64,000 nucleotides of DNA from Oceanispirochaeta sp. (GCA_963663385.2 CAXXXD010000003.1:1120001-1184000); one strand, 5' to 3'; counted from the stretch's first letter, positions 1 through 10,324 are shown. Numbers and translations: made by a program. The notes: generated by a model from the letters alone, not told the origin.

Positions 1-503
1 TTTGAATTAACAGACCGGACAATGTCACCTGTTTTAAGACCGCTCAAGTTGGCCGGGTAGTCGGCCCTATCCGTATATTCCGAGGCCAGAACTATGCGGG
101 AAGGGTAGTAGTAAATATTATAGCCAATAAGCCCTATAAAGAAGAAAATCAAAACCGCAGATATCAGATTCATCAGTGGACCGCTCAGGGAAACAAGGAT
201 TCTCTTCCACCAGGAGGCCGCATACATATCGCCTTCAGAACTTTCAACTTCTCTTGCATGAGTTTCCCAGGCCTGTATAAGAGCCTGTTCTCCCTGCATC
301 TTGCAATAGCCTCCCAGAGGAATCAGGGACAGACGGAATTCCGTATCACCCCACATCCTGCGATAAAGTATTTTACCCCATCCAATGGAAAAAGCTTCAA
401 CTTTTATACCGGACATTCTGGCTGCAACGAAATGACCCGCTTCATGAATTACCACAACAAGGGACAGCCCCAGAAGTCCAAATATGATTTTCAAAAGTAT
501 CAT
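1..503 (-). CDS. rseP: RIP metalloprotease RseP (5' part; runs off window)
   Basis: Reverse-strand frame from ATG at 503 (ATGA overlap with dxr stop) reads MILLKIIFGLLGLSLVVVIHEAGHFVAA...FSIGWG...IPLGGYCKM. HExxH motif; canonical position after dxr. Confidence 0.9.
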   Translation of the reverse strand, partial: MILLKIIFGLLGLSLVVVIHEAGHFVAARMSGIKVEAFSIGWGKILYRRMWGDTEFRLSLIPLGGYCKMQGEQALIQAWETHAREVESSEGDMYAASWWKRILVSLSGPLMNLISAVLIFFFIGLIGYNIYYYPSRIVLASEYTDRADYPANLSGLKTGDIVRSVNS

Positions 504-1630
504 GCAAATCTGTCCTTAAGTATTCTGCCGGCAGTTTCCCTTGTCTTTTTGTCTGTTTCAAGGATCTGTTCAAGGCTGTCCTGCTTGGTTGACCAGTCAT
601 GGTTCAGGGTCTCTTCCGTAATTCGGGCTATATCCATAAAGTGAATGGAATCCTTTAAAAAGGCTTCGACAGCTATCTCATTGGCCCCGTTGTAGGCTAT
701 AGGGTAACCGTTTTCCATCTCTGCACAGTCATAGGCCATCTTCATCATGGGAAAGCGTTCAAAATCGGGGGCCTGAAACTCCAGAGTCTTCCCCGCCAGA
801 TCCAAATAAGTCCAGGGAACTTCCTTCATCTCCGGGTAATAGAGGGCGCCCTGTATGGGAAGACGCATATCCGGCGCACTTATTTGAGCATAGAGAGCCA
901 TATCCTCTGTTCTGATGAGAGAATGAACATAGCTCTGGGGATGAATCAGTACCTTTATCCTTTTTATATCAAAGTCAAATATCCGCTGGGCTTCAATTAT
1001 CTCCAGTCCCTTGTTCGCCATGGTGGCAGAGTCTATGGTTATCTTCTTTCCCATATCCCATGTGGGATGCCTGAGAGCATCTGCCAGGGTAATCCCTGGA
1101 AATTCATCATAGGGAAGATTTCGAAAGGGACCCCCTGAAGCTGTAAGGATTATTTCAGCTACATTGGGTTTATCTCTTCTGTGGAACAGATGAAAGAGTG
1201 CAGAGTGTTCCGAGTCTACCGGAAGAAGCTTGCATTTGTGAACTGAGGCCAGATGGTTGATAAGGGGGCCTGCCAGAACCATGGATTCCTTATTGGCTAA
1301 AGCGACATCCATTCCGTTCCTGATTGCCTGGATGGTAGGAGCAAGCCCGGAGGCTCCTACAATACCGTTTACAACTATATCCGCGTCACTATCATCAATC
1401 AGCTTGAGAATTCCCTCGCTTCCGGAATATTGTATACGGTCAGAATCAGCTTTTTTCCCGCTCAGGCAGAGTTTAAGACCGGGGCGGATAGATTCCTGCT
1501 CCAGCAGGAATCCTTCATTTGTATGCGCTTGAATTCCATCCAGAATAAAATCATTTTGATGGTGATTTATAATATCAAGAGTGCTCAATCCGATAGAACC
1601 GGAGCACCCCAGCAATAGTACTTTTTTCAT
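500..1630 (-). CDS. dxr: 1-deoxy-D-xylulose-5-phosphate reductoisomerase
   Basis: GCSGSIG, LANKES, PVDSEHSA, TASGGPF, HPTWDMGKKITIDSATMANKGLE motifs. Confidence 0.97.
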   Translation of the reverse strand: MKKVLLLGCSGSIGLSTLDIINHHQNDFILDGIQAHTNEGFLLEQESIRPGLKLCLSGKKADSDRIQYSGSEGILKLIDDSDADIVVNGIVGASGLAPTIQAIRNGMDVALANKESMVLAGPLINHLASVHKCKLLPVDSEHSALFHLFHRRDKPNVAEIILTASGGPFRNLPYDEFPGITLADALRHPTWDMGKKITIDSATMANKGLEIIEAQRIFDFDIKRIKVLIHPQSYVHSLIRTEDMALYAQISAPDMRLPIQGALYYPEMKEVPWTYLDLAGKTLEFQAPDFERFPMMKMAYDCAEMENGYPIAYNGANEIAVEAFLKDSIHFMDIARITEETLNHDWSTKQDSLEQILETDKKTRETAGRILKDRFA

Positions 1631-1655
1631 TTCAGTATCCTGAAGAAAAGTTTTA

Positions 1656-2498
1656 TTACAATGAAATAAAACTTAAAAAATAGTAAAAAACAGGAGCCGT
1701 GAGTAAAAGGGAATCTATGGAGTCCAGCAAACCGCCTCTGCCCATAATAATATTCCCGGAATCCTTTACCCCGGAAGATCTTTTAATACCGGATTCTACA
1801 AGATCACCGAGTATGGTGGTACATCCGGCTATCAGTCCTAACAGAACCATAATATATAAAGGCCCGCGGAAGACCTCAGGATACAGAAATTTTATACTAA
1901 CTGTTACCACGAGGGATGCAAATATGCCGCCTCCGAAACCGGCCATACTTTTATTGGGACTGACGGCAAAAACTTTGCGGGAATTCCTGCCGAACAGGTT
2001 TCCAATAAACCAGGCATTGGAGTCGTTCAGGTAAACAGCCAGCATAAAAGCAATTATTATGTGAGTAGCGTATTCAAATCCGGAAAATCTGACAATATAA
2101 GTCAGGAAGAACCCGGGATAAATCAGGGCTAGGAGAGAACCTCCTGCTGTATGAATAACTTTACTGAAATTATTTTCAGCCATTGTGAAAACAGGTATGC
2201 TGAGAATTAAAGCTGTGAAAACAACCCCGGTAATCTGTATGCTGTATTCTGGTACTATTCCGGTTATGGATAGATAGGTGAGCAGGGGGTGCAGGGCTCC
2301 CGCCGGGGTAAGTACTTTGGTCGGAACCGGCATACCGGCCTTGTTCAGCATGGTGCACATCTCATGGGTTCCTATTATAGCTATGGTGAACACAACCAGA
2401 TTAATAGCAAGGTGATTGGCAAAATCTACAAAAATCAGAGCACTGAGTACAGGCAGGGCTATAATAAATAATAACCATCTCTGCTGGTTGTTTGTCAT
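1656..2498 (-). CDS. cdsA: Phosphatidate cytidylyltransferase
   Basis: Polytopic; SPNKS, GDLVESGIKR..GVKDSG...GRGGLLDSIDS motifs. Confidence 0.95.
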   Translation of the reverse strand: MTNNQQRWLLFIIALPVLSALIFVDFANHLAINLVVFTIAIIGTHEMCTMLNKAGMPVPTKVLTPAGALHPLLTYLSITGIVPEYSIQITGVVFTALILSIPVFTMAENNFSKVIHTAGGSLLALIYPGFFLTYIVRFSGFEYATHIIIAFMLAVYLNDSNAWFIGNLFGRNSRKVFAVSPNKSMAGFGGGIFASLVVTVSIKFLYPEVFRGPLYIMVLLGLIAGCTTILGDLVESGIKRSSGVKDSGNIIMGRGGLLDSIDSLLLTAPVFYYFLSFISL

Positions 2499-3193
2499 GA
2501 TTTTACTCCTCCGAATCTTCGATCTCTATTTTTAAATGCATTGATGGCTTCAACAAGATCATCCCGGCCCCATTCGGGCCAGAGTTTATCTGAAAAATAC
2601 AGTTCCGCATATGCTGTCTGCCAGATCAGAAAATTGCTGATTCTTTTCTCGCCGCCTGTGCGAATTAACAAATCTACCGGAGGAATGTCTCTTGCATCCA
2701 GAGAGTTATTAATTATGTCTTCTGAAATGGGCTTCCCGGGATTTTTCTCTATATAACGGTTCATACAGCGAATTATTTCATCACGACCGCCATAATTAAT
2801 AAGAAGGTTAACCGTTAATCCGGTAAATCCGGCAGTCTGATCCATTACGGTTTGAATCTCCTTTTGAATATCTTCAGGGAGACCGCTTATATCACCGCTG
2901 TGTACAACTCTGATGGAATTGTCCTTATAGAACTGATACTCTTTTCTTAAATAATTTCTGATCAGTACCATCAGAAAAGAAATTTCATCCTGAGTCCTTT
3001 TCCAGTTTTCTGTGGAAAAGACATAAAGGGATAAATAGGAAACACCAATGTCTGATGCTGCTTTGACAACGGCTTTGGCTGCATTTAATCCTTCCCGATG
3101 CCCAGCCGAACGGATCTGACCGCGATTCTTAGCCCAGCGGCCGTTTCCGTCCATTATAATGCCTATGTGAAGGGGATCTTCTGTCAGTGACAT
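2495..3193 (-). CDS. uppS: Undecaprenyl/polyprenyl diphosphate synthase
   Basis: IIMDGNGRWA, FSTENWKR, NYGGRDEI, LIRTGGEKRISNFLIWQ. Confidence 0.97.
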   Translation of the reverse strand: MSLTEDPLHIGIIMDGNGRWAKNRGQIRSAGHREGLNAAKAVVKAASDIGVSYLSLYVFSTENWKRTQDEISFLMVLIRNYLRKEYQFYKDNSIRVVHSGDISGLPEDIQKEIQTVMDQTAGFTGLTVNLLINYGGRDEIIRCMNRYIEKNPGKPISEDIINNSLDARDIPPVDLLIRTGGEKRISNFLIWQTAYAELYFSDKLWPEWGRDDLVEAINAFKNRDRRFGGVKS

Positions 3194-3735
3194 TAAATCT
3201 CCATGATTTCTTTTTCTTTTTCGTCGATAACGGTTCCTATATCTTTGATATACTGGTCCGTTAATTTCTGAATTTCATCTATTCCTTTTTTCTGTTCGTC
3301 CTCTGCAAAATCACCTTTTTTGATTTGATCATTTGCGTCACGGCGAATATTTCGAACGGATACACGGCTGTTTTCACCGATATTTTTAGCCTGTTTTACA
3401 AGGTCCTTACGCCTCTCTTCCGTTAGAGGGGGAATATTGATTCTTATAACCTTTCCGTCATTGCTTGGATTAAGGGAGAGTTCAGAGGTTTGAATGGCTC
3501 TTTCGATGTCATTCAGAGAATTTTTATCAAAAGGCTGAATAACTATCAGGCGGGCTTCCGGAATGGAAATATTGGCAACCTGATTCATGGGAGTAGGGGT
3601 ACCGTAGTACTCAACCATGACTTTATCGAATAAACTTGCTGATGCTCTTCCTGTACGGATTGTATTGAATTCTTCTTTAAGAGCTTTGATGGTTTTCTTC
3701 ATTCTGTCTTCTGCAGACTTCTTTATGCTATCCAT
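3193..3735 (-). CDS. frr: Ribosome recycling factor
   Basis: IRTGRAS, YYGTPTP, PPLTEERRK, VRNIRRDAND. Confidence 0.97.
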   Translation of the reverse strand: MDSIKKSAEDRMKKTIKALKEEFNTIRTGRASASLFDKVMVEYYGTPTPMNQVANISIPEARLIVIQPFDKNSLNDIERAIQTSELSLNPSNDGKVIRINIPPLTEERRKDLVKQAKNIGENSRVSVRNIRRDANDQIKKGDFAEDEQKKGIDEIQKLTDQYIKDIGTVIDEKEKEIMEI

Positions 3736-3795
3736 GTATTCACCTCTTTATAAAAATAGGACACCGCCCCGACAGGGACAGTGTCCTCAAATTAT

Positions 3796-4638
3796 TTATG
3801 CTTCTTCGCCAACCATGCAATATACATAGTCAACCAGTTCGATAGAACCGCCTGCTGCTTTGGCAACTTCGGCAATAGCCTGTTTTACAGACAGCTTGTC
3901 ATTTTTCACAAATGCCTGATCAACAAAACATACCTGAGCCAGATGCTTGTTAAGTTTACCCTTGATGATTCCCTCAATAACCTTGGCAGGTTTATCCATA
4001 TTGGCTGCCTGGGCCGCGAAAATCTCTTCCTGTTCCTTAACATAAGCGGAATCAACAGATTCTCTGTTCAGGTAGGTAGGATTGAAAGCCGCTGCATGAA
4101 GAGCGAGATCCATTCCCAGAGCCTTTACCTCGGAATTCTGAGCAGTTGCAGCACTGTCGCAGCTCAGTTTAACCATTACACCAATTGATCCGCCATTGTG
4201 CAGGTAATCCACTGCACAGTCCGAATCGCTCAGATCCATGGTTGAAATTCTTTTAAGAATCATGTTTTCCTTCAGGATGGAAATAGCTTCCTTAACCAGG
4301 GTTTCCAGTTCTTCATTGATAGCAGTGTATTTCTTTTCTGCTACAACGTCAGCGATTTTCTGTCCTGATTCTCTGAATGCATCATTCTTGGCTACAAAGT
4401 CGGTTTCGCACGTCAGCTCCACGAGGGAAGCTGTGTTGCCTTTAATTGCTGTAAATACTGCGCCTGCATTGGTCGCCCGGCCGCTTCTTTTATCAGCGGA
4501 AGCCAGCCCCTGTTCTTTCAGGTATTTTTCTGCAGCGGCGAAATCACCGTCGCAAGCCTGAAGGGCTTTTTTACAGTCAAGCATTCCTGCAAGTGTTTTA
4601 TCTCTTAATTTTTTAACATCTGCTGGTGTTACTGCCAC
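3796..4638 (-). CDS. tsf: Elongation factor Ts
   Basis: VKKLRDKTLAGMLDCKKAL, ELTCETDFVAKN. Confidence 0.97.
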   Translation of the reverse strand: MAVTPADVKKLRDKTLAGMLDCKKALQACDGDFAAAEKYLKEQGLASADKRSGRATNAGAVFTAIKGNTASLVELTCETDFVAKNDAFRESGQKIADVVAEKKYTAINEELETLVKEAISILKENMILKRISTMDLSDSDCAVDYLHNGGSIGVMVKLSCDSAATAQNSEVKALGMDLALHAAAFNPTYLNRESVDSAYVKEQEEIFAAQAANMDKPAKVIEGIIKGKLNKHLAQVCFVDQAFVKNDKLSVKQAIAEVAKAAGGSIELVDYVYCMVGEEA

Positions 4639-4653
4639 GATATTCTCCTAAAA

Positions 4654-5466
4654 TTATTCAGATTCGGTTGTATATACGACATCGCTGTCATCGGCTTCTT
4701 CAGATTCATCCTCTTCCTGAGAGGGCTCATCCATTACAGATATTTCTTCATCATCCTGAAGATTCTCGATAACTTCCAGACCGATTTCATTATCAGCTTC
4801 CACTACAGCATTTGCAATAATAGAGGTAAACAGACTGATAGCGCGGATAGCGTCGTCATTACCGGGAATGGGGTAATCGATCCCTTCGGGGTTACAGTTG
4901 GTATCTACTACTGCGATGATGGGGATGCCCATTCTTCTGGCTTCAGCTACAGCAATTGCTTCTTTTTTTGTGTCGATTACGAACATTACTCCGGGAAGAT
5001 CATTCATGTTTTTGATGCCACCCAGGTTCTTTTCCAGTCTGCCCTTTTCTTTCAGAAGCTTGGAAACTTCTTTTTTGGTCATCTGGTCAAAAGTTCCGTC
5101 AACTTCCATTTTTTCAATTCTCTTCAGCTGGTGAAGGGATTTTTTAATCGTGGTGAAGTTGGTGAGCATACCACCGAGCCATCTGTTGTTAACGTAGAAC
5201 ATGTCACAGCGTTCAGCTTCTCTTGCAATAGCAGCCTGTGCCTGTTTTTTGGTTCCTACAAAAAGGACGGATTTTCCATCCAGTACGTTTGCTCTTACAA
5301 CATTGTATGCTTCTTTGATAGCGACAATAGTCTTCTGAAGATCAATAATGTGAATCCCGTTTCTCTGTGAGAAAATAAATTTTTTCATTCTGGGATCCCA
5401 GCGCTTGGTCTGATGTCCGAAATGTACACCTGATTCAAGCAGGTTTTTCATTGTTACTACAGCCAT
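4654..5466 (-). CDS. rpsB: 30S ribosomal protein S2
   Basis: [39 protein letters not shown]; acidic tail; SD AGGAGG. Confidence 0.98.
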   Translation of the reverse strand: MAVVTMKNLLESGVHFGHQTKRWDPRMKKFIFSQRNGIHIIDLQKTIVAIKEAYNVVRANVLDGKSVLFVGTKKQAQAAIAREAERCDMFYVNNRWLGGMLTNFTTIKKSLHQLKRIEKMEVDGTFDQMTKKEVSKLLKEKGRLEKNLGGIKNMNDLPGVMFVIDTKKEAIAVAEARRMGIPIIAVVDTNCNPEGIDYPIPGNDDAIRAISLFTSIIANAVVEADNEIGLEVIENLQDDEEISVMDEPSQEEDESEEADDSDVVYTTESE

Positions 5467-5554
5467 GTAGCCTCCTAAATTCCACTCCTGTGTATGAGCG
5501 GTCCTTCTCTTAGTCTCAGCGCTATAAAGATTAAGTCTCTTATAGGCCGGAAAA

Positions 5555-6139
5555 TTATATGCTGAATTTCAGCAGTCTTAACATGCCATATAATAAATTA
5601 ATTGGCAAGCCCATTACATTGAAGTACGATCCGTTCACCGAAACAATGTACATTCCTCCCTTTTCCTGGATCCTGTATCCCCCTGCGGCACCCCGCCACT
5701 CATCCGTATCCAGGTAATCCTCCATTTCCTGACCGGAAAGAGGGGCGAATTGAACATCAGTCCTGTCCCAGCGGGACAATAATTTTCTGTCATCGGGGCG
5801 GAAAAGGGTTATTCCCGTATATACCTGATGTATCCTGTTCTGCATTTTCTGCAGCATATAACGGGCTTCATCCCTGGAGGCAGGTTTTCCTATTTTATGA
5901 TCATCAAGTGAAATGAGTGTGTCTGCGGTAACAACCCATCCCGGACACCCGTATTTACTGAGACAGGCTCCCATCTTCAAATTGGAAAGTTCAAGGGACA
6001 GATCTTCGGGAGATTTGTCCTGATCCATAATCTCTTCCATTTCGAAACTCAGTACTTCACAGGGTATTCCCATCTGTCTTATCAATTCAAACCGTCTGGG
6101 AGAAGCCGAACCCAGATAAAGCTTTTCTGTTTTTTTCAT
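5555..6139 (-). CDS. maf: Maf family nucleoside triphosphate pyrophosphatase
   Basis: [27 protein letters not shown]. Start placed at MKKTEK (6139). Confidence 0.9.
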   Translation of the reverse strand: MKKTEKLYLGSASPRRFELIRQMGIPCEVLSFEMEEIMDQDKSPEDLSLELSNLKMGACLSKYGCPGWVVTADTLISLDDHKIGKPASRDEARYMLQKMQNRIHQVYTGITLFRPDDRKLLSRWDRTDVQFAPLSGQEMEDYLDTDEWRGAAGGYRIQEKGGMYIVSVNGSYFNVMGLPINLLYGMLRLLKFSI

Positions 6140-6239
6140 AACATCATTATATATAAAAAATGATTTTAACGGCATTATTGATTGCTCACTCCGGAGGAAC
6201 TAGACTTATAAACAGAGTTAATCCTTAGGGGGAAATGAT

Positions 6240-7010
6240 ATGTTAAATCGTGTATTGGTCCAATTTACCGTTGAAGATGAGGTTGAATATCTGGCCCGTT
6301 TTACAGATGTATTGAAAAATCGGTATAAAAGTATAGATATCTGTGGTCTTTATGTGAGAAATACGGATGAATATCTGAAATATAATTCGGCTATGTATAG
6401 CGATGCCTACTATCAGGATTTTCTCAACGTCTGGAAAACCATAGAAGATAAGAAAGAAGAAAAGGTGAGGGAGGAGTTTAAAAAACATTTTCCGGGGTGT
6501 GAGTTCATCTCTGATACCGGTTATACGGACAGTATTGTTCTGAATCATCTCAGATTGTTTGATATACTTGTTCTGGCGAAACAGAAGTTTATAGGACATG
6601 AAATCAAGGCTCTGCTAAGCGCTCATCATAAACCAGTGATAATTGTACCGTCAAAAGATAACTATTCAATGGATAATATTCTAGTGGCTGATGACGAACG
6701 ACTGGAAGTAAATAAATCTCTGTTCAGTTTCATGTATCTTTTTGATGACATCCGGGAGTTTGATGCTTTGGGTATTAATATAGATAAAGAAAAGCATCTG
6801 GATCTGGGGCGATATATGGAAAAGGCAGGTAAACGGATAAACTGCGAATATCAAACAGGTCATGTGGTTGAGAAACTGCTGGATTATTCAGACAGTTACG
6901 GGATGATGATTATCGGTGATTTGAAGCACAGCTTTTTAATGGAGCGGATTGCAGGTAAAACAGGACTGAAGTTTCTGGAAAAAACAGAAATCCCCCTGTT
7001 TATCGGCTAA
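6240..7010 (+). CDS. Probable universal stress protein-like protein (tandem USP fold)
   Basis: About 256 aa with two halves ending KPVIIVP and IPLFIG, plus DILVL and MIIG...LMERIAGKTG segments resembling USP motifs. Confidence 0.5.
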   Translation: MLNRVLVQFTVEDEVEYLARFTDVLKNRYKSIDICGLYVRNTDEYLKYNSAMYSDAYYQDFLNVWKTIEDKKEEKVREEFKKHFPGCEFISDTGYTDSIVLNHLRLFDILVLAKQKFIGHEIKALLSAHHKPVIIVPSKDNYSMDNILVADDERLEVNKSLFSFMYLFDDIREFDALGINIDKEKHLDLGRYMEKAGKRINCEYQTGHVVEKLLDYSDSYGMMIIGDLKHSFLMERIAGKTGLKFLEKTEIPLFIG

Positions 7011-8100
7011 TCAGTTGTTCCGCGGCAAACAATCCCAGGTCCATCTGCGGGTCCGGCGGTCTGTAGAGTTTGCCGTCAAGTTTCCCAAGGGACAGTCCCA
7101 GCAGGCGGACAGGAATTTTACCGGCATCTGTTTTTTTGAGAAGATCCGGAACAAGAGACATAATCTGCTCTCTGTTTTTCAGGGGGCGGGGGCTTCGGGT
7201 ACAGCGGGTACACATCCTGAAATCGTGATATTTGACTTTCAGGGTCAGCTGAAATCCGAATACTCCGGTTTTTATACAGTCTTCTTCCACCATTTGAGCG
7301 ATTATTTCCAGTTCTCTTATTATTTCAGAGAAACCTGTCAGGTCCTGAGAAAAGGTATTTTCACGCCCCAGGGATTTTCTTGTCCGTTTCGGTTCAACAG
7401 CCCTGTCATCAATTCCCCGGACCGCATAGTAGTAATAAGTACCGGCTTTTCCAAAGAGTTCCAGCAATTCATAAAGTTCTTTCTGTTTCAGATCACGTCC
7501 CTTGTTAATCCCAAGACTCTTCATCCTCTCTTCCGTTCTTTTCCCGATACCGAAAAAGCGTCCGATGGGGAGATCTTCCAGAAATGCGGGAGCTTCGAGG
7601 GGAGTAATAACGGTAAGACCATCCGGCTTTTGTACATCAGAAGCAATTTTGGCAATAAATTTATTATAGGAAACACCGGCTGAAGCGGTTAAACGGGTTT
7701 CCTTCAGGATGGTTTCCCTTATCTGACGGGCAATAATGGTAGCTGAGGGGATATCCGGTTTATTTTCTGTAACATCAAGGTAGGCCTCATCAAGGCTGAG
7801 GGGTTCAACCAGATCGGTATAGCGGTGAAAAATCTCCCGTATCTGATTGGAAACCTCCCTGTAATCGGAAAAATCATGGTGCGTTATAAAAACAGCATGG
7901 GGACAGAGCTTGTAGGCCTGTGCGGAAGGCATGGCCGAGTGGATCCCGTATTTTCGGGCTTCATAGGAACAGGTTGAAACAACTCCCCGGCTGTTCGGCG
8001 GACCTCCCACTACCACGGGCTTTCCTTTTAACGAAGGGTAGTTGCGCTGTTCAACAGATGCATAAAAAGCATCCATATCCACATGGATGATCTTTCTCAT
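7000..8100 (-). CDS. dinB: DNA polymerase IV
   Basis: IIHVDMDAFYASVEQ, SYEARKYG, SLDEAYLD, IASDVQKPDG. Confidence 0.97.
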   Translation of the reverse strand: MRKIIHVDMDAFYASVEQRNYPSLKGKPVVVGGPPNSRGVVSTCSYEARKYGIHSAMPSAQAYKLCPHAVFITHHDFSDYREVSNQIREIFHRYTDLVEPLSLDEAYLDVTENKPDIPSATIIARQIRETILKETRLTASAGVSYNKFIAKIASDVQKPDGLTVITPLEAPAFLEDLPIGRFFGIGKRTEERMKSLGINKGRDLKQKELYELLELFGKAGTYYYYAVRGIDDRAVEPKRTRKSLGRENTFSQDLTGFSEIIRELEIIAQMVEEDCIKTGVFGFQLTLKVKYHDFRMCTRCTRSPRPLKNREQIMSLVPDLLKKTDAGKIPVRLLGLSLGKLDGKLYRPPDPQMDLGLFAAEQLISR

Positions 8101-8135
8101 TTTTATATACTATACATAATTTAAGTATAAATCAA
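8101..8135 (-). promoter_or_regulatory. Sigma70-type leaderless promoter of dinB with overlapping palindrome
   Basis: Minus strand TTGATT-N17-TAGTAT-N6-ATG; inverted repeat TATACT-N12-AGTATA at 8106-8129. Confidence 0.6.
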
Positions 8136-8154
8136 GGCAGAGAGGGGTATCCAT

Positions 8155-8209
8155 ATCACCCAAAAGGGTGATTCTTCCGGTTTCAGAACGGTTCACCTGT
8201 TCGGGTTAT
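8155..8209. promoter_or_regulatory. Tandem palindromic operator (ATCACC-N6-GGTGAT and TTCACC-N6-GGTTAT)
   Basis: Perfect inverted repeat ATCACCC-AAAA-GGGTGAT at 8155-8172 and a degenerate copy at 8192-8209. Confidence 0.6.
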
Positions 8210-8239
8210 ATCGAAACAGGGCCATAAGGGAGTATCCTG

Positions 8240-8506
8240 ATGTCAGGAGGCAGGCTAGTGAAACGAAAGAATATAATACTGACCTGGATTATTACAGCCC
8301 TGTTTCTTCTTTTCACAGGATGGTGCGGCATACTTCTGTTCTGGACTATGAGTCAGGAAGATGATGTTCCCCTGTTTATCAGCGGCGGTATCACGGGGAT
8401 TATTTTTCTGATACTGGTACCTGTCATGATAATGATGGTTGTCACGGCTGTACGGCGGAAGAGGGAGATCGAAGAGGAGGATGAGGATGATCTTAGTCAA
8501 TACTGA
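8240..8506 (+). CDS. Small two-TM membrane protein with acidic tail
   Basis: Two hydrophobic helices; overlaps the following YbjQ-like gene. True start may be the GTG at 8258 (SD GGAGG). Confidence 0.7.
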   Translation: MSGGRLVKRKNIILTWIITALFLLFTGWCGILLFWTMSQEDDVPLFISGGITGIIFLILVPVMIMMVVTAVRRKREIEEEDEDDLSQY

Positions 8507-8798
8507 AACAATCAGCGGTAAAAATCTGGAAATGCTGAGTATCGTTAAGGGGAGTACGGTACAGTCCCGGCATATGGGAAAAGATATTATGAGCAGTCTG
8601 AAAACCCTGGTGGGCGGTGAAATCACAGCGTATTCAGAGATGCTGAATGAAGCCCGGGCTCTTGCTACCAAACGTATGGTGGATGAAGCGGAAAAAATGG
8701 GCGCCGACGGTATTGTCAATATCCGTTATGCTTCCAGTGCGGTTATGCAGGGTGCTGCCGAGGTTATTGTATACGGAACGGCTGTTAAATTCACCTGA
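8487..8798 (+). CDS. YbjQ/UPF0145 family protein
   Basis: MILVNTETISGK...VKGSTVQSRHMGKDI...GGEITAY...GADGIVNIRY...YGTAVK; SD GAGGAGG. Confidence 0.9.
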   Translation: MILVNTETISGKNLEMLSIVKGSTVQSRHMGKDIMSSLKTLVGGEITAYSEMLNEARALATKRMVDEAEKMGADGIVNIRYASSAVMQGAAEVIVYGTAVKFT

Positions 8799-8849
8799 GA
8801 CTCCAAACTTGCCCTATCCCGTACTGTAAGGATATAATTTATCAACTTT

Positions 8850-9689
8850 ATGCAGTCTTTATCTGAATACCTTTACAGTCTGGAATCCCGTCGGGGAGAA
8901 CATACCGCCTGGGTTATCCGGTGGGGAATAGCGGCATTCTTTCTTGGAATCAGCTTTCTTCAGGGGAATTTGTCGATTCTCCCGATAGCCCTTGTCCTTG
9001 CTCTTTATAATCTGCTTTTAAAAGCAGTAAAACAGATTGAGTCCGGGCTTTTATCCTATACATCCGTTATGGCGGAGACTCTGGCTGTCAGTCTGGCTGT
9101 ATTTTTCTCTTCCAGCGGGGAATCCCTGCTTTTTTCCGCGATTTCCCCTTTTCTGTGGATATTTTTTATCCTTTTATACAGTGCTTCCCTGCGTTTAAAC
9201 GAAAAACTGATTCTCTTTTCTTCGGTCATTAATATTACCGGTATGAATTCGGTGTATCTTGCGGGATATATCAGTGATCCCCGGCGCTTTGAAGAGGCCT
9301 ATTCAGGGGCTTGCCTTTCTGATCAGGTTATGCGTACCCTGTTTCTGATGGCTTTGGGACTGCTGCTGTTAAACCGGCCGCGTATTATACGCCGGATTCT
9401 GAAGAACCGGCAGGATTTCTTTGATAAAATGAAAGAAACGAATTTCAGGTTCAGGGAAGAGCTGGAAAGCCTGGCGAGAGATGCTTCTCTTACAACCAGG
9501 GAGGAGGAAGTTCTCAGGGAACTTTTAAAGGGAAAAACATACAGGATGATAGGGGACAGTCTCTGCATCTCTGTGGATACAGCAAAGAGCCATATAAAAA
9601 AGCTGTACAGGAAACTGGGGATAAACAGCCGGAATGAGCTGTACGGTCTGATTCAGGAAAACCGCATGAAGGAAGGAAAGAACAGGTAA
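8850..9689 (+). CDS. Membrane-anchored LuxR-family transcriptional regulator
   Basis: About 6 hydrophobic helices followed by a LuxR HTH (LTTREEEVLRELLKGKTYRMIGDSLCISVDTAKSHIKKLYRKLGINSR). Confidence 0.88.
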   Translation: MQSLSEYLYSLESRRGEHTAWVIRWGIAAFFLGISFLQGNLSILPIALVLALYNLLLKAVKQIESGLLSYTSVMAETLAVSLAVFFSSSGESLLFSAISPFLWIFFILLYSASLRLNEKLILFSSVINITGMNSVYLAGYISDPRRFEEAYSGACLSDQVMRTLFLMALGLLLLNRPRIIRRILKNRQDFFDKMKETNFRFREELESLARDASLTTREEEVLRELLKGKTYRMIGDSLCISVDTAKSHIKKLYRKLGINSRNELYGLIQENRMKEGKNR

Positions 9690-10324
9690 TGGAGAAATAT
9701 ATTGTAATAGCCGGAAATATCGGAGCCGGGAAATCCACCCTTGTCAGGCACCTTTGTGAAACTCTCGGCTGGCAGCCTTATTATGAACCTGTAACAGAAA
9801 ATCCCTACCTGGAAGATTTCTACAGGGATATGGAGAAATGGGCCTTTCACTCCCAGCTTTTTTTCCTTGCCGACCGGATTACCATGCATAAGGAGCTGCA
9901 GGATTTTCAGGGCAGTGTTGTGCAGGATCGTTCAGTCTACGAAGATGCGGAAATATTTGCCCGTAACCTGTATCTTCAGGGAGAGATCAACCGGAGAGAC
10001 TTTCAAACCTACTGGAAAATCTACCAGAATGCGGTGTCTCTCCTCACACCTCCCGATCTGGTCGTCTATCTCCGTGCCGGAGTCCCCTCTCTTAAAGAGA
10101 GAATCGTTCAGCGGAAAAGGGAGTTTGAAGCTGAAATACCGGAAATCTATCTGGAGCACCTAAATTCTCTCTATGACGAGTGGATCAGGTCTTTTGGTAT
10201 GTCGGAGGTTCTGATACTGAATATTGAGGATTACGATATACTTGAAAACCCTGAAGATCTCAATTCCATCGCAGTACAGATTAAGGAGAAATTAAGGGGC
10301 GTCCAGGGAGAGCTGTTTTCCTGA
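9689..10324 (+). CDS. Deoxynucleoside kinase
   Basis: IAGNIGAGKST P-loop, YEPV..NPYLEDFY, QDRSVYED, PDLVVYL. Confidence 0.93.
   Translation: MEKYIVIAGNIGAGKSTLVRHLCETLGWQPYYEPVTENPYLEDFYRDMEKWAFHSQLFFLADRITMHKELQDFQGSVVQDRSVYEDAEIFARNLYLQGEINRRDFQTYWKIYQNAVSLLTPPDLVVYLRAGVPSLKERIVQRKREFEAEIPEIYLEHLNSLYDEWIRSFGMSEVLILNIEDYDILENPEDLNSIAVQIKEKLRGVQGELFS

Noticed and set aside
3735..3796. pyrH missing between tsf and frr
   Set aside because: This order is normal in spirochaetes such as Treponema; no remnant is visible.
5467..5554. Structured rpsB (S2) autoregulatory leader
   Set aside because: Hairpins are present, but I could not match the conserved leader elements by eye; needs a covariance-model search.
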